A DNA stretch of 63,938 bases, counting the filler, from Piptocephalis cylindrospora (taxonomy: Eukaryota), in the NCBI GenBank assembly GCA_003614145.1. It is 3 parts of 3 records of this genome, joined end to end, with 100 filler letters (N's around TTAATTAATTAA, not from the genome) between each part and the next. Parts side by side here need not be neighbours in the genome. Positions count along the whole stretch, not along the records: positions 49,712 to 63,938 come from KZ987924.1; 2 more parts are not named here. One strand, written 5' to 3'. Below, one piece after another: positions 61,971 to 63,938 of the stretch (within the stretch, counting starts at the first letter, position 1; every line of letters begins with the position of its first letter). A model generated the notes under the pieces. That model was not told the DNA's origin, did not search any database, and saw only the letters and a list, made by a program, of their open reading frames with translations. The position numbers were made by a program, and so were the translations under genes.

Positions 61971-63788
61971 CTATTGAAACCGAACCACCCGAGAATCCTT
62001 GGTGGAAAAAGCTGAATCGAGGGCGGCCATGGCTCCGGGGGTTCCCACTTGGGCTCCACTCATCTGATCACCCTGGGTAGGGGGAGGAAGGATTTGACGA
62101 AGGGGCTCAGAGGCGGTATTGGTGTTGGAGGAAGAAGGGGAGGAATCAAAGAAGAGATCATCTAGGAGATTGTTCGAGGTAGGGGTGAAAGAATTAGTGG
62201 CGGTGATGGTAGCGGAAGTAGGCGCGAACGGGTTGGTGGAGGCGATTGGAGGGGAAAAGGAGGAGGAGGAGGGATCATTGTAAGGGACCAGCTGTCCCCC
62301 GTGGCCCTCAGAGACCGTACCAGTCATCATGACAGGACCCATGATGGACATGGACCGAGCGGGTCGAAGAGTAGGGTGGGATGAACCAAAAGGGTTGCCC
62401 GCATACGATGGAGTAGGATTGGGGGCGGGAAGGGCAAGGCGAGGGGAAAAGGGATTTCCCAGGGGTTGAGCATTAAGCTGCATCTCGGGAACAAAGGGGT
62501 TGGCGGTGGAAAGGGGACGGTAGGAGGATGGGGCGGGGCCGGGGGCAAAAGGATTTGTGGGGGCAAGGGAGGGATTGGCATTGAGAAATCGCTGCTCCTC
62601 CTCGATCGAGGCGAAAAAGTCAATGATGGCTGGGGGAGCCCCGTCCGGTGGCTGGAAGGGAACTACGGATGTAGAGGTACCGAGATGAGCATCAGGAGCC
62701 CCTCCTAGGGCCTGAAGATCAGGGGTGGACCGGGCGTGCCGTAAGGAGGTGGCGCGGGTCACGCCCATGTGCTGCATTCGAGCGGTGCGTGGGGAGGGCG
62801 GCACGGGACCTGCGATGTCACGACCACCCAGGGCCCGTCGACGTTGGTAGGCGGCCCGATTGGTCTCAAAGTCCGGATCATCTAGATAATCCTGGAGGGC
62901 AGTGGTGAGGGAAAGGGGGGGGGGCTGGACGGTGGGGATGACCAAGTTAAGCTCTTGTTGGATACGACGGGCAGAATCAAGGAGGGCCATGACCTGTTCG
63001 GTCTGTCGAGCAAAGGTACGATAGACCTCAAGGGCCTCGGTGGCCTTTTCCCTCTCGAGTTCAAAGTACTGCTCGAGGAGACGGATGACCCCCTCACTCA
63101 GAGCCTGGAAGAGCCGAAGGAGATCTCGAATGATGAGGGAAAAGGCGGATAGGCAAATGACATTGTCCATCCGGTCCGGGAAGGCTCGACAAGGGAGCAG
63201 GGCATCGATCTGGGATTGCACGACGGAGATCTCCAAGAGCAGGCCTTTGTCCATGGAGAGACGACGTAATCGACCCGAGGGCCGAGGGGTGGCTACGCCG
63301 GGATGAAAGGACATACGGGGATTTTGGGCCTGCTGGGCACTGGAGGTGCCGGCGTAAGCACGGACAAAATCTAGTTTAATTTCTTTGTAAGCCCGAATTT
63401 TACTCCGCAGATACCCCCCATAAGCCCGCATGTGTGGGGCCAGGTGACCGCGGTACTGGGAAAGGTCGAGAAAGGGCGTGGGGATGGAGCAGAGATAGCC
63501 CATAACTCGTTCCAAATTTCCCTCCCGCATCAGGCAATGAGTGACCACAAGGGTTTTGAGCATGATGACCCAATTGGGATCGTTGAGCCTTTGGGCCACC
63601 AGTTCAAAGACCTCGGACATGGCCACTTCCCTTGACCAGGTGGCATTGACGAGATCTACGGAAGGAATGAGCGGTCAGTGGGAGAGCAAGACAGGGAGAG
63701 AGGGAGGGGGGGACTCACTGTCAACATGTTTCTGTTTGGGGGGGGGGGCCACTTTCTTGTTGGGGGCTTTATTGAAGGATTTATCCAT
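61971..63788 (-). CDS. ANTH-domain clathrin adaptor (Yap1801/1802, PICALM-like); intron 63656-63718
   Basis: APPPKQKHVD, NWVIMLKTLVVTHCLMREG, DLLRLFQALSEGVIRLLEQYFE, multiple NPF motifs, DFF and DLFF. Confidence 0.93.
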
Positions 63789-63938
63789 CCGTGAAAAGAA
63801 AAACGTATGAAAGATAAGGGAAAGGATAGGGTGATGAGGTGGGGAGGGGAGGAAAAGTGGGAGGAAAGGGGAGGATATGAAGGAAAGGGAACAGAGAAAG
63901 GGCAATATAACGAAAGGACAAGAGGATCAGAAATGCCT

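Overview
Eukaryotic, gene-dense fungal DNA with short (about 55-110 nt) spliceosomal introns. Gene content and style suggest an early-diverging fungus, possibly a Zoopagomycota mycoparasite such as Piptocephalis (inference only). Two 100-bp N gaps each contain a TTAATTAATTAA six-frame-stop linker, so the window is three contigs (1-24836, 24937-49611, 49712-63938) whose adjacency is unproven. Housekeeping genes: Tom6-like, She9/Mdm33, nucleolar FKBP, prenylcysteine oxidase, Vrg4, Coa5, DYRK kinase, DNA polymerase kappa, Rpn5, condensin Brn1, chitin synthase, a probable Taf1 fragment, TMEM19, FAHD1, NDUFA5, an ANTH adaptor and tRNA-Lys(CTT). Also present: an apparently full-length L1/Tx1-type LINE, four multi-TM receptor-like genes, two small secreted proteins, a MATA-type HMG gene and a short dispersed intergenic repeat family. 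The most interesting items are a DAP/Dap1-family gene (a ribosome-dormancy factor in animals), a head-to-head pair of paralogous orphan receptors, a DYRK gene whose halves lie in opposite orientations (probably a misassembly), and the LINE with a non-canonical endonuclease residue and a frameshifted ORF1.
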